Shown piece after piece: positions 53,646-64,000 of a stretch of DNA of 64,000 nt. Position numbers and translations under genes: made by a program. The DNA comes from an uncultured Acidobacteriota bacterium. Lineage in GTDB: Bacteria > Acidobacteriota > Thermoanaerobaculia > Multivoradales > SZUA-115. Where the stretch lies: NCBI GenBank assembly GCA_963805975.1, contig CAWDVR010000002.1:320001-384000 (forward strand), written 5' to 3'. Position 1 is the first letter of the stretch. Each line of letters opens with the position of its first letter. A model generated the notes under the pieces. That model was not told the origin of the DNA. It saw only the letters and a list, made by a program, of their open reading frames with translations, and did no database searches.

Positions 53646-54770
53646 ATGAGCCTGACCCGCCTTCTCGCCATCGCCAGGAAGGAGGTTCTACAGCTCCGGC
53701 GCGACCCGGGGAGCCTCGCCATGGGCTTCCTGATGCCGGCGCTCCTGCTGGTGCTCTTCGGCTACGCCATCTCCTGGGACGTGGCGAACATCGAGACCGC
53801 GGTGCTCGACCAGAGCCGCTCGCCGGCCAGCCGCCAGGTGCTCGACGCCTTCCGGGCGTCCGGTTACTTCGCCGCGCTGCGCCACCTCGAGAGCCCCGCC
53901 GAGATAGAGGCCGTGCTCGACCGCGGCGCGGCGCAGCTCGTGCTCGTCTTCCCGCCCGACTTCGCCGCCCATCTCGCCGACCCGGCGGGCACGGGGCCGG
54001 CCCGCCTGCAGGCGATCGTCGACGGCAGCGACGCCAACACGGCGACCATCGTGCTCGCCTACTCCCAGGCCATCGTGCAGACGTGGGCGAGCCGGGTGGT
54101 GCTCGAGGGCCGGACCTTCACGCCGCCGATCACGGCCCGCTCGCGCGTCTGGTACAACGAGGAGCTCAAGAGCCGCAACATGATCGTGCCCGGCCTGGTG
54201 GCGGTGGTGATGACGGTGATCGCGGCCATGCTCACCTCGCTCACCATCGCCCGCGAGTGGGAGCGCGGCACGCTCGAGCAGCTCGCCTCCACCCCCGTCA
54301 CCCGCGCCGAGGTGGTGCTCGGCAAACTCCTCCCCTACCTCGGGATCGGCCTGGTGGACGTGGCGGTGGCGACCGCCATCGGAGTTTTCCTCTTCGACGT
54401 GCCGTTCCGCGGCTCGATCCTGCTCCTCGCCGTGCTCTCGACCTTCTTCCTGGTCGGCGCCCTGGGCCTGGGGATCTTCATCTCGGCGGTGGCCCGCTCG
54501 CAGCTTCTCGCGAGCCAGATGGCGATGCTCTCGACCTTCCTCCCCGCCTACCTGCTGTCGGGCTTCATGTTCGCCATCGAGGTGATGCCGGCGCCTTTGC
54601 GTGCCCTCACCTACCTGGTGCCGGCGCGCTACTTCCTGGTGGTGACGCGCGGCATCTTTCTCAAAGGCGTCGGGCTCGAGGTGCTCTACGTGCAGGCGGG
54701 GCTGATGGCCCTCTTCGGAGCGGCCGGCCTTGTTCTCGCGGTGCGCGCTTTCAAGAAGGAGATCGGGTGA
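53646..54770 (+). CDS. ABC-2 permease (YbhS-like)
   Basis: RLLAIARKE, DGSDAN, WYNEELKS, REWERGTLEQL, GKLLPY. Confidence 0.9.
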   Translation: MSLTRLLAIARKEVLQLRRDPGSLAMGFLMPALLLVLFGYAISWDVANIETAVLDQSRSPASRQVLDAFRASGYFAALRHLESPAEIEAVLDRGAAQLVLVFPPDFAAHLADPAGTGPARLQAIVDGSDANTATIVLAYSQAIVQTWASRVVLEGRTFTPPITARSRVWYNEELKSRNMIVPGLVAVVMTVIAAMLTSLTIAREWERGTLEQLASTPVTRAEVVLGKLLPYLGIGLVDVAVATAIGVFLFDVPFRGSILLLAVLSTFFLVGALGLGIFISAVARSQLLASQMAMLSTFLPAYLLSGFMFAIEVMPAPLRALTYLVPARYFLVVTRGIFLKGVGLEVLYVQAGLMALFGAAGLVLAVRAFKKEIG

Positions 54771-55900
54771 GCGCCGGAGGGGGCTGGCGCGCGAGCGCCG
54801 CGCGCATCGGCGAGCTGGTGAAAAAGGAGCTGCTGCAGGTGTTCCGCGACTCGCGGCTGGTGCGGGTGATCTTCCTGGCACCCACCATCCAGTTGATCGC
54901 CTTCGGCTACGCGGTGTCGACCGACGTGCGCGACACCGCCACCCTGGTCCTCGACCACGACCGCAGCCAGACCTCGCGGGAGCTCGTCTCCTCGCTCACC
55001 GCCTCGGGCCATTTCCGGGTCGTCGGTCACGCCGAGCACCCGCGCGAGCTGGTTGCGGCGCTCGACCATCGGACGGCGGTGGTCGCGGTCGAGATCCCCG
55101 CCGGCTTCGCGGCCGACCTCGCCGCCGGCCGAGGCACCAGTGTGCAGCTCCTCTTCGACGGCACCAACTCCAACCTGGCGACCGTGGCGCGCGGCTATGC
55201 CGAGCGCATCGTGCAGGGCTTCGGCGCCCGCACCGCGGCCCTGGCCGTACCCGCCTCTCCGCTCGAGCTCACCGAGCGGGCGTGGTTCAACCCGGACCTC
55301 AAGAGCCGCAACTACAACGTGCCGGCGGTGGTGGGCGTCATTCTCATGCTGATCTGCCTGCTCCTGACCTCGCTCGCGGTGGTGCGCGAGCGCGAGATCG
55401 GCACCCTGGAGCAGCTCCTGGTGAGCCCGCTCAGGCCCTGGGAGCTGCTGGTGGGAAAGACCATCCCCTTCGCCCTCCTCGGCCTCTTGGACCTGGCGAT
55501 CGTCACTGCCGTGGCGCTCTTGTGGTTCGAGGTGCCCTTCCGCGGCAGCTTCACGCTGATGATGCTGGCGAGCGTGCTCTACCTGCTCTCAGCCCTTGGG
55601 CTGGGCCTCCTGGTGTCGACCCTCGCCAACACCCAGCAGGAGGCCTTCATGAGCACCTTCCTGCTCTTCATGCCGGCGATGCTGCTCTCGGGCTTCCTCT
55701 TCCCGGTGAGCAGCATGCCCGCGCTCTTCCAGTGGCTGACGATCGCGAACCCGATGCGCCACTACCTGGAGATCGTGCGGGCGGTGTTCCTCAAAGGCGC
55801 TGGGCTCGAAGCGCTGGGGCAGCAGTTCGCCGCCCTTCTCGTTCTGGGAGCCGTGATCTTCGGCGCCGCGGTGTGGCGCTTCCGTGCCCGAGCCCGCTGA
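54767..55900 (+). CDS. ABC-2 permease (YbhR-like)
   Basis: GTGA overlap; WFNPDLKS, REREIGTLEQL, GKTIP, LSGFLFPV. Confidence 0.9.
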   Translation: MSAGGGWRASAARIGELVKKELLQVFRDSRLVRVIFLAPTIQLIAFGYAVSTDVRDTATLVLDHDRSQTSRELVSSLTASGHFRVVGHAEHPRELVAALDHRTAVVAVEIPAGFAADLAAGRGTSVQLLFDGTNSNLATVARGYAERIVQGFGARTAALAVPASPLELTERAWFNPDLKSRNYNVPAVVGVILMLICLLLTSLAVVREREIGTLEQLLVSPLRPWELLVGKTIPFALLGLLDLAIVTAVALLWFEVPFRGSFTLMMLASVLYLLSALGLGLLVSTLANTQQEAFMSTFLLFMPAMLLSGFLFPVSSMPALFQWLTIANPMRHYLEIVRAVFLKGAGLEALGQQFAALLVLGAVIFGAAVWRFRARAR

Positions 55901-55918
55901 GAGAAGACGCCGTCCCCG

Positions 55919-56956
<1,038 letters not shown>

Positions 56957-57197
56957 GAGGGTGACCTCCTGACCTTGGGCTCGGGAGATTCCGAGAGCCT
57001 CGTCGCGTGCCAGTATCCACACCGCAGATTACAGCGCCGTGACCAGGCGGGAGGACAGGGTGCTGGCCGGGATGGCGCCTCCGGCTCCCTGGCCGGAGCG
57101 CAGCGTTACCCGCAGGGGGCGTCGAGCACCGGACCAGGGAGCCGGAGGCGCCATAGCCGGCCGGGCGCTGGTAGGCTCTGGGGGAGAGGAGCACCCG

Positions 57198-57722
57198 ATG
57201 GACCTTCGCTACCCGATCGGCCCCATGGTTCTCGAGAACAACCCCACGCCCGAGATGGTGCAAGCCTGGATCGCCGACGTCGAGGCCGCGCCGGCGGCGC
57301 TGCGCGCGGCGGTGGGGGACCTGGCGGCCGAGCAGCTCGACACCCGCTACCGGCCGGGGGGCTGGACCGTGCGCCAGCTCGTCCACCACCTGCCGGACAG
57401 CCACATGAACGCCTACGTGCGCTTCAAGCTGGCGCTGACCGAGGACACGCCCACCATCAAGCCGTACGAGGAAGCGCGCTGGGCCGAGCTGGCCGACTCC
57501 TTCGACACCCCGGTCGAAGCTTCCCTGACCCTGCTCGAGGTTCTGCACCAGCGCTGGGTGGTGCTGCTCAAGTCCCTGGCGGCGATCGACTTCGACCGCG
57601 CCTACTTCCACCCCGCGCTCGACCAGAAAGTGGCGCTCAAGACCGCGCTCGGCATGTACGCCTGGCACGGCAGGCACCACGTGGCCCACGTCACCACGCT
57701 GCGCGAGCGGATGGAGTGGTGA
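57198..57722 (+). CDS. YfiT/DinB-family thiol S-transferase
   Basis: MDLRYPIG, YRPGGWTVRQLVHHLPDSH, YAWHGRHH. Confidence 0.9.
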   Translation: MDLRYPIGPMVLENNPTPEMVQAWIADVEAAPAALRAAVGDLAAEQLDTRYRPGGWTVRQLVHHLPDSHMNAYVRFKLALTEDTPTIKPYEEARWAELADSFDTPVEASLTLLEVLHQRWVVLLKSLAAIDFDRAYFHPALDQKVALKTALGMYAWHGRHHVAHVTTLRERMEW

Positions 57723-58141
57723 GCAGGGCCCCGGTTCCCATCCTCTCCGCGCTGGTCGAGGTAGCGCGCAGCCGGATCGACGGCCGTGGCCTCTTCGCCC
57801 GGCGGAAGATCGGCAGCCGGCGCAAGATCGGCGAGCTCGAGGGCGAGCGCATCAGCCTCTGGGAGGCACGCCGCCGCGCCAAGACCCGGAAGCGCATCGC
57901 CATCGTGGAGCTCGACGACGGCTCGGCCATCGACGCCTCGGTGGGCGGCAACGAGCTCGCCTACATCAACCACTCCTGCACGGGCAATGTGCGGATGAAG
58001 GTCTACGAGACCTGGGTCGGCTTCTACGCCCGGCGCGATATCCGCAAGGGCGAGGAGCTGACCTGCGACTACGGCGAGAGCCATCACGAGGGCAAGCTCT
58101 CCTGCCGCTGCGGGAGCCCGGAGTGCAGAGGCCGGATTTAG
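57719..58141 (+). CDS. SET-domain lysine methyltransferase with post-SET motif
   Basis: GTGA overlap; SRIDGRGLFA, YINHSC, GEELTCDY, CRCGSPECRG. Confidence 0.88.
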   Translation: MSRAPVPILSALVEVARSRIDGRGLFARRKIGSRRKIGELEGERISLWEARRRAKTRKRIAIVELDDGSAIDASVGGNELAYINHSCTGNVRMKVYETWVGFYARRDIRKGEELTCDYGESHHEGKLSCRCGSPECRGRI

Positions 58142-58169
58142 GCCCGCCCTCGGCTAGGATACGCGCCGC

Positions 58170-59147
58170 ATGACGGCCCTTCCCCTCCGAGGAAAGATCC
58201 TGGTGACCGGCGCCCTGGGCCAGATCGGCTCGGAGCTGGTGGTCGCCCTGCGGCAGCGCCACGGCGCCGGGGCGGTGGTGGCCTCGGACGTGCGTATCCC
58301 GCAGCCGGACCAGGCGGTGGGCGACGGCCCGTTCGAGTTCGTCGACTGCACCAACCAGCGCCAGATCGAGGAAGCGGTCCGCCGCCACGACGTGGCGACG
58401 ATCTACCACCTGGCCGCGCTGCTCTCCGCCACCGCCGAGGCCAAGCCGCAGATCGCCTGGGACGTCAACATGGGGAGCCTCTACCGGGTGCTCGAGGTGG
58501 CCCGCCAGTGCCGCTCGGCGGTGTTCTTCCCGAGCTCGATCGGGGCCTTCGGACCGAGCACGCCACGGGTGGGAACGCCGCAGGACACCCTCCAACGGCC
58601 GACCACCATGTACGGGGTCACCAAGGTGGCGGGCGAGCTGCTGTGCGACTACTACTGCCGGCGCTTCGGGGTCGACACCCGCGGCCTGCGCTTTCCCGGC
58701 CTGATCTCCCACGGCACGCCGCCGGGCGGCGGCACCACCGACTACGCGGTCGAGATCTTCCACGCGGCGCTCCGCCACCGCTACTACACCTGCTTCCTCT
58801 CCGCCGGCACCCGGCTCGACATGATGTACATGCCGGACGCGGTCAAGGCGGTGCTCGACCTGATGGCGGCGGACCCGGCCCGCCTCGCGCACCGCAACGC
58901 CTTCAATGTCACCGGTATGAACTTCACCCCGGAGGAGCTCGCGGCCGAGATCCGGCGCCACATTCCCGGTTTCCGCATCGACTACCGCGTGGACCCGGTG
59001 CGGCAGAAGATCGCCGACAGCTGGCCCCAGAGCCTGGACGACAGCGCGGCGCGCGAGGAGTGGGGCTGGCACCCGGACTTCGACCTCCCCGCCATGGTGC
59101 GCGACATGCTCGAGAACCTCGAGGCGAAGCTCGCCGCCCATTCCTAG
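58170..59147 (+). CDS. tdh: L-threonine 3-dehydrogenase (SDR/epimerase type)
   Basis: ILVTGALGQIG, YHLAALLSA, YGVTK, GGGTTDYAV, MMYMPD; adjacent to kbl. Confidence 0.88.
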   Translation: MTALPLRGKILVTGALGQIGSELVVALRQRHGAGAVVASDVRIPQPDQAVGDGPFEFVDCTNQRQIEEAVRRHDVATIYHLAALLSATAEAKPQIAWDVNMGSLYRVLEVARQCRSAVFFPSSIGAFGPSTPRVGTPQDTLQRPTTMYGVTKVAGELLCDYYCRRFGVDTRGLRFPGLISHGTPPGGGTTDYAVEIFHAALRHRYYTCFLSAGTRLDMMYMPDAVKAVLDLMAADPARLAHRNAFNVTGMNFTPEELAAEIRRHIPGFRIDYRVDPVRQKIADSWPQSLDDSAAREEWGWHPDFDLPAMVRDMLENLEAKLAAHS

Positions 59148-59170
59148 CGGCCTTGCCCACGGAGCCCCCT

Positions 59171-60403
59171 ATGCCTTTCGATCGCCTGCACGCCGCCCTC
59201 TCCGCCGACCTCGCCGAACGCGGCGGCAAGGGCATTCTCAAGGGCGAGGAGTCGGTGATCACCGCCGTGGTGCCCGGCGACGGGCGCCGCGGGCCGCGCT
59301 ACAAGCTGGCCGGCACCGGTGACCAGCTCTTCCTCAAGATGAATTCCAACAACTACCTCGGCATGTCGCTGCGGCCGGAGGTGATCGCCGCCGAGGAAGA
59401 GGCCTGCCAGGCGTTTGGCGTGGGCCCGGGCGCGGTGCGCTTCATCAGCGGCACCTACCGCCAGCACGTGGAGCTCGAGGAGCGCCTCGCCGCCTTCCAC
59501 GGCCGCGAGGCAGCGATGATCTTCTCCTGCGCCTACGCCACGGTGCTCGGCGTGCTGGTGCCGCTCACCACGCCGGAGACCGCGGTGGTGAGCGACGAGC
59601 TCAACCACAACTGCATCATCAACGCGCAGCGGCTGGCGCGGCCCAAAGAAAAGTACATCTACCGCCACCTGGACATGGCCGAGCTCGAGGCGCGGATCGA
59701 GCAGGCGGCCACCGCCGGCTGCCGGCGGGCGCTGATCGTCACCGACGGCATCTTCTCGATGCGCGGCGACCACGCTCCGATGCCGGCCATCGTGGAGCTC
59801 GCGCGGCGCTTCGACGGCCGGTTCGCGGAGGGCGCCTTCGTGGTGATGGACGACTCGCACGGCGTGGGCGCCTGTGGCGCCACCGGCCGCGGCACCGAGG
59901 AGGCGACCGGCGCCCTCGGCATCGACGTCCTGGTGGGCACCCTGGGCAAGGCGTTCGGGGTCAACGGCGGCTACGTGGCGGGCTCGAGCACCTTGATCCG
60001 CTTCCTCCGCGAGTCGGCCGCCACCTACATCTACTCGAACCCGATCACCATGGGCGAGGCGGCGGCGGCGAAGAGGGCCGTGGACATCCTCGACAGCGCC
60101 GAGGGCCTGGCCCTCCTCGCCCATCTCCGGGTGATGACCTCGCGCTTCGCCGAGGGCCTGCTGAAGCTGGGCTACGAGACCCTGCCCGGCGAGCACCCGG
60201 TGACGCCGCTCATGGTACGCGACACGCCGCGGACCTCGGAGCTGGTGCGCCACCTCAAGGCCGGCGGCGTGCTCGCCACCGGCCTCAACTACCCGGTGGT
60301 ACCCAAGGGCGACGAGAGCATTCGCTTCCAGATCTCGGCCGACCACACGGCCGAGGACATCGATTTCGCGCTCCAGGTGCTGGCCGACTTCCCTGCGAGG
60401 TGA
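59171..60403 (+). CDS. kbl: 2-amino-3-ketobutyrate CoA ligase / AONS-family PLP enzyme
   Basis: SNNYLG, GAVRFISGT, SDELNH, DDSHG, GTLGKAFG; follows tdh. Confidence 0.85.
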   Translation: MPFDRLHAALSADLAERGGKGILKGEESVITAVVPGDGRRGPRYKLAGTGDQLFLKMNSNNYLGMSLRPEVIAAEEEACQAFGVGPGAVRFISGTYRQHVELEERLAAFHGREAAMIFSCAYATVLGVLVPLTTPETAVVSDELNHNCIINAQRLARPKEKYIYRHLDMAELEARIEQAATAGCRRALIVTDGIFSMRGDHAPMPAIVELARRFDGRFAEGAFVVMDDSHGVGACGATGRGTEEATGALGIDVLVGTLGKAFGVNGGYVAGSSTLIRFLRESAATYIYSNPITMGEAAAAKRAVDILDSAEGLALLAHLRVMTSRFAEGLLKLGYETLPGEHPVTPLMVRDTPRTSELVRHLKAGGVLATGLNYPVVPKGDESIRFQISADHTAEDIDFALQVLADFPAR

Positions 60404-60457
60404 GACACGGCCCCCGGGAACCAACTCCATACCCACGAGTATTCAGGAGGTGATGCG

Positions 60458-60847
60458 ATGCGACTTGGCAACTTCTCGGTCAGCCTTGCCGTTCAGGACA
60501 TCGCAAAGTCACGTGCGTTCTACGAGAAGCTCGGCTTCCGGGTGTTTGGCGGCGATCAAGCCAAGAACTGGCTGATCCTCCAGAACGAAACGTCCACGAT
60601 TGGCCTTTTCCAGGGGATGTTCGACAAGAACATCATGACGTTCAATCCAGGCTGGGACCGTTCTGGCAACTCGTTGCCGGACTTTGACGACGTCAGGGAC
60701 ATCCAGAAGACGCTCAAGAATCAGGGCCTCGCGTTGACGACCGAAGCCGATGAGACGACGACAGGCCCCGCAAGCCTGATGCTTCTCGATCCAGACGGAA
60801 ACCCGGTCCTCATTGACCAGCATGTGTCGAAGCCGCAGGAGATGTAG
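60458..60847 (+). CDS. VOC/glyoxalase family protein
   Basis: SLAVQDIAKSRAFYEKLGF..DPDGNPVLIDQH; AGGAGG SD. Confidence 0.88.
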   Translation: MRLGNFSVSLAVQDIAKSRAFYEKLGFRVFGGDQAKNWLILQNETSTIGLFQGMFDKNIMTFNPGWDRSGNSLPDFDDVRDIQKTLKNQGLALTTEADETTTGPASLMLLDPDGNPVLIDQHVSKPQEM

Positions 60848-60959
60848 AGGGGCACGTTTCTTCGCGCTTCAGCTCGTCGCGCGCAACGGAAGGCACTCAC
60901 GGAATGCAAGGTGCGTCCCAACAGGTGGTGAGTCGGCGGCCTACAGGAAAGAAGACGTC

Positions 60960-61409
60960 ATGAAACGCATCTGGACGATCATCGGCGTAGGCGATGTGCC
61001 GAGTAGCTTCAGATGGTACCAGTCGCTCTTCGGCCAGCCCGAGACACGACCGGACCATGCCGATTTTGGTCAGATCCTTGATTCGGACGGAACTGTCTTG
61101 CTCTGCCTCCACCAATGGGGCGCGCACGAGCATCCGTCGTTGATGAGCCGGGACCAGGCGACACCCGGCAACGGAGTCCTCTTGTTCTTCCGCGTCGACG
61201 ACTTCGATATGTCACTGAAAAGGGCGCGCACTCTCGTCGCCCGACTCGAAGAGGAGCCGCACGCGAACCCGAATACTCGAACAAAGGAGTTCTCGCTTCG
61301 GGACCCGGACGGATACTACGTCACGATTAGTGAGCTCTCTTCGCTCGAGTCCAGGGGCCACGCGGCGCCAAGCTGGCCCTCTATCGCGGCCGGCGCCGGG
61401 TCGGGTTGA
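60960..61409 (+). CDS. VOC/glyoxalase family protein
   Basis: IIGVGDVPSSFRWY..FRVDDFD..EFSLRDPDGYYV; start placed at ATG 60960. Confidence 0.82.
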   Translation: MKRIWTIIGVGDVPSSFRWYQSLFGQPETRPDHADFGQILDSDGTVLLCLHQWGAHEHPSLMSRDQATPGNGVLLFFRVDDFDMSLKRARTLVARLEEEPHANPNTRTKEFSLRDPDGYYVTISELSSLESRGHAAPSWPSIAAGAGSG

Positions 61410-62382
61410 GCCGCCAGTCTCCCGGCTGCCCGTTCTCGGTCCACACCACTCCGGAGGCCGGAAGCATCTCCACCGAGGGCTCCTGGTCGGTGGCCACGAT
61501 CACCACCCACTCGTCCTTTCGGTCGCGGGCCAGCCGGCCCGCCAGGCGGCGGCCGTGCAGGTAGACCCAGCCGTTCAAGGCCAGCGCCGCGGTGACCAGC
61601 ACCACGTAGACGAGGTCACCCAGCTCCAGGCCCTGGAAGGTCTCGCCGCCGGCGATCGCCATCACTAGGCCCAAGACGGTCAATGCGATCAGCAGCAGCA
61701 GGGTGCCGGACGGCGCTCTGAGCCGCACGATGTGCCGCGCCAGCTCCTCCAGCTCGGGCGCGGAAAGCCGCCGTCGCTCGACGACGAGGGATGAGTCGAG
61801 CTTCTCCGCCAGCGCCCGCGACACCGCCAGGCGGACCGGCGCGACCGGGGGCGCCGCAGCCTCGGCCACCGGCACCGCCAGCCAGTCTCGCACCGCCTGC
61901 CCGTCCACCGAGAGGAGCGCCTGCGAGAACGGCAGCACCTCGGCATAGCGGGCCTTGAGCGCCTCGGACGGCGCGTCCCGGCGCTCGCCGAAGCACTCCA
62001 CCTCGCCCCGCGCCAGGTCCCGCCGCAGGTAGTACCAGCGCCGCAGGACGGTGATCGAGCGCAGCAGGCCGCCTCCCAGGAGCACTGCGCCGAGGGCCAG
62101 CGAGCCCGCTCCCAGGGCCGCAGGGGTGGCTCCGCCTCGCCGGTCATGAAAATCGAGGAAGGCCGCGCCAAAGAGAAAGAAGACGAGCGACAGGACCATG
62201 AACAGACCCGGCTTCCACAGCGACCTCAGGAAGCCGCGGGCGAGCCCCGTCAAGCGGGTCCGTTCCTCCGCATCGAGTCGCCGCGAGCCTGTTCTTCGGA
62301 TGCCCAGGCACCAGGCCACGGTGGCGGTGCCGGCCGGCTCCTGAGGCTGCGAGGGCGGGGGGGGCGGGAGAGCGGGCGCCAT
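61381..62382 (-). CDS. Hypothetical membrane protein with internal duplication (2 x [2TM + EVLP.S..L...G.P..W])
   Basis: RRLDAEER..TM-TM..EVLPFSQALLSVDGQAVRDW and RRLSAPEL..TM-TM..EMLPASGVVWTENGQPGDW. Confidence 0.7.
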   Translation of the reverse strand: MAPALPPPPPSQPQEPAGTATVAWCLGIRRTGSRRLDAEERTRLTGLARGFLRSLWKPGLFMVLSLVFFLFGAAFLDFHDRRGGATPAALGAGSLALGAVLLGGGLLRSITVLRRWYYLRRDLARGEVECFGERRDAPSEALKARYAEVLPFSQALLSVDGQAVRDWLAVPVAEAAAPPVAPVRLAVSRALAEKLDSSLVVERRRLSAPELEELARHIVRLRAPSGTLLLLIALTVLGLVMAIAGGETFQGLELGDLVYVVLVTAALALNGWVYLHGRRLAGRLARDRKDEWVVIVATDQEPSVEMLPASGVVWTENGQPGDWRLNPTRRRPR

Positions 62383-62458
62383 GGGACTCCGGCCGGTGCA
62401 GGAGGTGCGCGGGACCGTGAGGTCATCCTACTGCGCAGCCGGCCGGCGGCAGGCTCTT

Positions 62459-62543
62459 GCAATCCACAAGCCGCAATCCACAGGCCGCAATCTACAAGCC
62501 GCAATCTACAAGCCGCAAACTAGGAGCCGCCAATCCACGAGCC
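62459..62543. repeat. Six degenerate ~14-bp tandem repeats (GCAATCYACAAGCC)
   Basis: gcaatccacaagcc / gcaatccacaggcc / gcaatctacaagcc x2 / gcaaactaggagcc / gccaatccacgagcc. Confidence 0.85.
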
Positions 62544-62551
62544 CTTCTCAG

Positions 62552-62585
62552 CAGAAAGCGCCCGCCCCCCGGAGGGAGCGGGCGC
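62552..62585 (-). terminator. Intrinsic terminator after the peptidase gene
   Basis: Minus strand GCGCCCGCTCCC-TCCG-GGGGGCGGGCGC followed by TTTCT. Confidence 0.6.
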
Positions 62586-62622
62586 GAGGAGAGCTGCTCG
62601 AACGTCAGCGATCCGGCTCAGG

Positions 62623-64000
62623 TCAGTAGCTGACCCTCAACTGGTACGTCGTCCGGGTCGACGAGTAGCGGAGCACACGCACGAAGACGTTGGTCGCCGC
62701 GCCGCCGGTGTTGGTCCAGGACGCCTGGTCCGCGGTGGTGCCGCCGGCAGTGGAGCTCGCCACCTGGGTCCCCGCCGCGTTGTAGATATAGAGGTCGTAG
62801 TCGACCGACAGGCCGTTGAGCAGGCCGGTCACCGTCCGGCCCGCTGGCAGGCTCAGGCGGAAGTAGTCGTTCTGCTGTGAGACCGAGTCGTTCAGGAACG
62901 TCCCCGAGATCTGGTTGCAGGTGCCGGAGATGGCCTGCGGCGCAGCGGTGCTGTCGTTGGGCTCCACGTCCGAGATGGCGTTGCAGGTCGGGCCGGTCGC
63001 ATAGCTGCCGACCAGCGTCAGGCCCGAGTACGCCGAGTACCCGTGGAGCATCACGTGCCAGGTGCCCGCCGCCGGGCTGGGGAAGGTGCAGGTCTCGTTG
63101 TTGCCGCCCAGGTACGGCCGGCAGTCGTACGTGCCGGTGGTGGGCGCCGAGCCGAAGCGCACGTAGAGGTCCGCGTCGCCGGTGCCGCCCGAGGTCTGGA
63201 ACTGCAGGTTGGACGCGCCCGCGGGCACGGTCATGGTCCAGAACTGCTGGCTGCCGGTCGCCCCGGAGATGCCGGACACCGGGACGCCGTTCGCGAGCAC
63301 GTTGCCGGTGCAGGCCGAGGTCGTGGCCTGCGCCTGGGCCGAGTTGCCGGAGCTGCAGGTGCCGTTCGAGGCCGTCACCACGTAGTAGTAGGTCGTGTTG
63401 CAGGACAGGCCGGTGTTGGAGAACGAGGTGGTGGCGGAGGTGCCCACCGAGCTGTAGGGCCCGCCGCTGGTCGCGGAGCGCAGGACGGTGTACGAGGTGG
63501 CGCCGGCAGAGGCGCTCCAGGAGAGGTTGATCTGACTCTGCGACGCGGCGCTGGCGGAGACCCCGGTGGGCGCCGCCGGCGGCGTGCAGCCGCCACTGCC
63601 GTTGATGCCGCTGACGGTGGTGGCGCCGGTGCTCCCGGCGTCGAGCCAGTTGGAGAGGCGGGTGCTGTTGGTGCCGCCGCCGGTCCAGGAGACGCTGAAG
63701 CGCCCGTAGTAGTCCGAGAGATTGTTGCCGGTGGCGCCGCAGGAGGACGGCCCGCCGTGGAGCTGGCCGACGAAGCGGCCGGCGTCGTTGTAGAGCGGCG
63801 AGCCGGACGAGCCCGGCTCGGTCACGCCCGGGATGGTGTACGGGCCGGGAGGATCGGTGGCCCAGCGGGCCCACAGGTGGGTGCCGTCACCCGGTGAGGT
63901 GGTGCCGCTGTAGCTCGTGCTCTGCATGACGGTGGTGACGTAGGTGATGCGCTTCTCGTCGGTCGACGGGTGGTGGATCGAGGCGCAAGGCACCGTGGCG
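62623..64000 (-). CDS. 5'-truncated secreted trypsin-like (lysyl endopeptidase-like) protease with FN3 and PPC domains
   Basis: IHHP..DEKRI, catalytic TEPGSSGSPL, FN3 (SQINLSW..TYYYVV), PPC (GGTGDADLYVRFG, DYDLYIYN). Confidence 0.88.
   Translation of the reverse strand, partial: ATVPCASIHHPSTDEKRITYVTTVMQSTSYSGTTSPGDGTHLWARWATDPPGPYTIPGVTEPGSSGSPLYNDAGRFVGQLHGGPSSCGATGNNLSDYYGRFSVSWTGGGTNSTRLSNWLDAGSTGATTVSGINGSGGCTPPAAPTGVSASAASQSQINLSWSASAGATSYTVLRSATSGGPYSSVGTSATTSFSNTGLSCNTTYYYVVTASNGTCSSGNSAQAQATTSACTGNVLANGVPVSGISGATGSQQFWTMTVPAGASNLQFQTSGGTGDADLYVRFGSAPTTGTYDCRPYLGGNNETCTFPSPAAGTWHVMLHGYSAYSGLTLVGSYATGPTCNAISDVEPNDSTAAPQAISGTCNQISGTFLNDSVSQQNDYFRLSLPAGRTVTGLLNGLSVDYDLYIYNAAGTQVASSTAGGTTADQASWTNTGGAATNVFVRVLRYSSTRTTYQLRVSY

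Noticed and set aside
62459-62543. Possible CRISPR array
   Set aside because: Units are 14 bp and directly adjacent with no spacers; no cas genes are present in the window.

Overview
High-GC bacterial chromosomal window. An Acidobacteriota (Thermoanaerobaculia-like) origin is inferred from the Cys-rich RpoB insert, a duplicated orphan ABC permease, and TPR-kinase and CHAT genes. Positions 0.9-16 kb hold the core cluster on the minus strand: tRNA-Thr/Tyr/Gly, tRNA-Thr, tuf, tRNA-Trp, secE, nusG, rplK, rplA, rplJ, rplL, rpoB, rpoC. An internally deleted gene splits the tRNA cluster. The rest mixes housekeeping genes (uppS-like, Rne/Rng, polA, tdh-kbl, a TolC/HlyD/ABC efflux operon) with accessory modules. 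The best candidates for undescribed systems are: (1) a CHAT protease plus a co-transcribed unknown 338-aa protein, divergent from an ECF-like sigma factor and a zf-HC2 anti-sigma (39.4-45.7 kb); (2) a TPR Ser/Thr kinase - 4TM protein - alpha/beta-hydrolase/NDT(TIR)-like fusion operon facing a small protein with a DP-EP-like C-terminus (22.3-27.1 kb); (3) a ~110-aa Cys-ended C-terminal domain shared by two distant genes, one of them carrying a 43-Asp run; (4) three tandem beta-helix paralogs with structured leaders sitting inside the efflux operon; (5) an RRM gene that appears to start at ATT. No CRISPR array, rRNA, integrase or transposase was seen. All family assignments come from motif recognition by eye; no searches were run.
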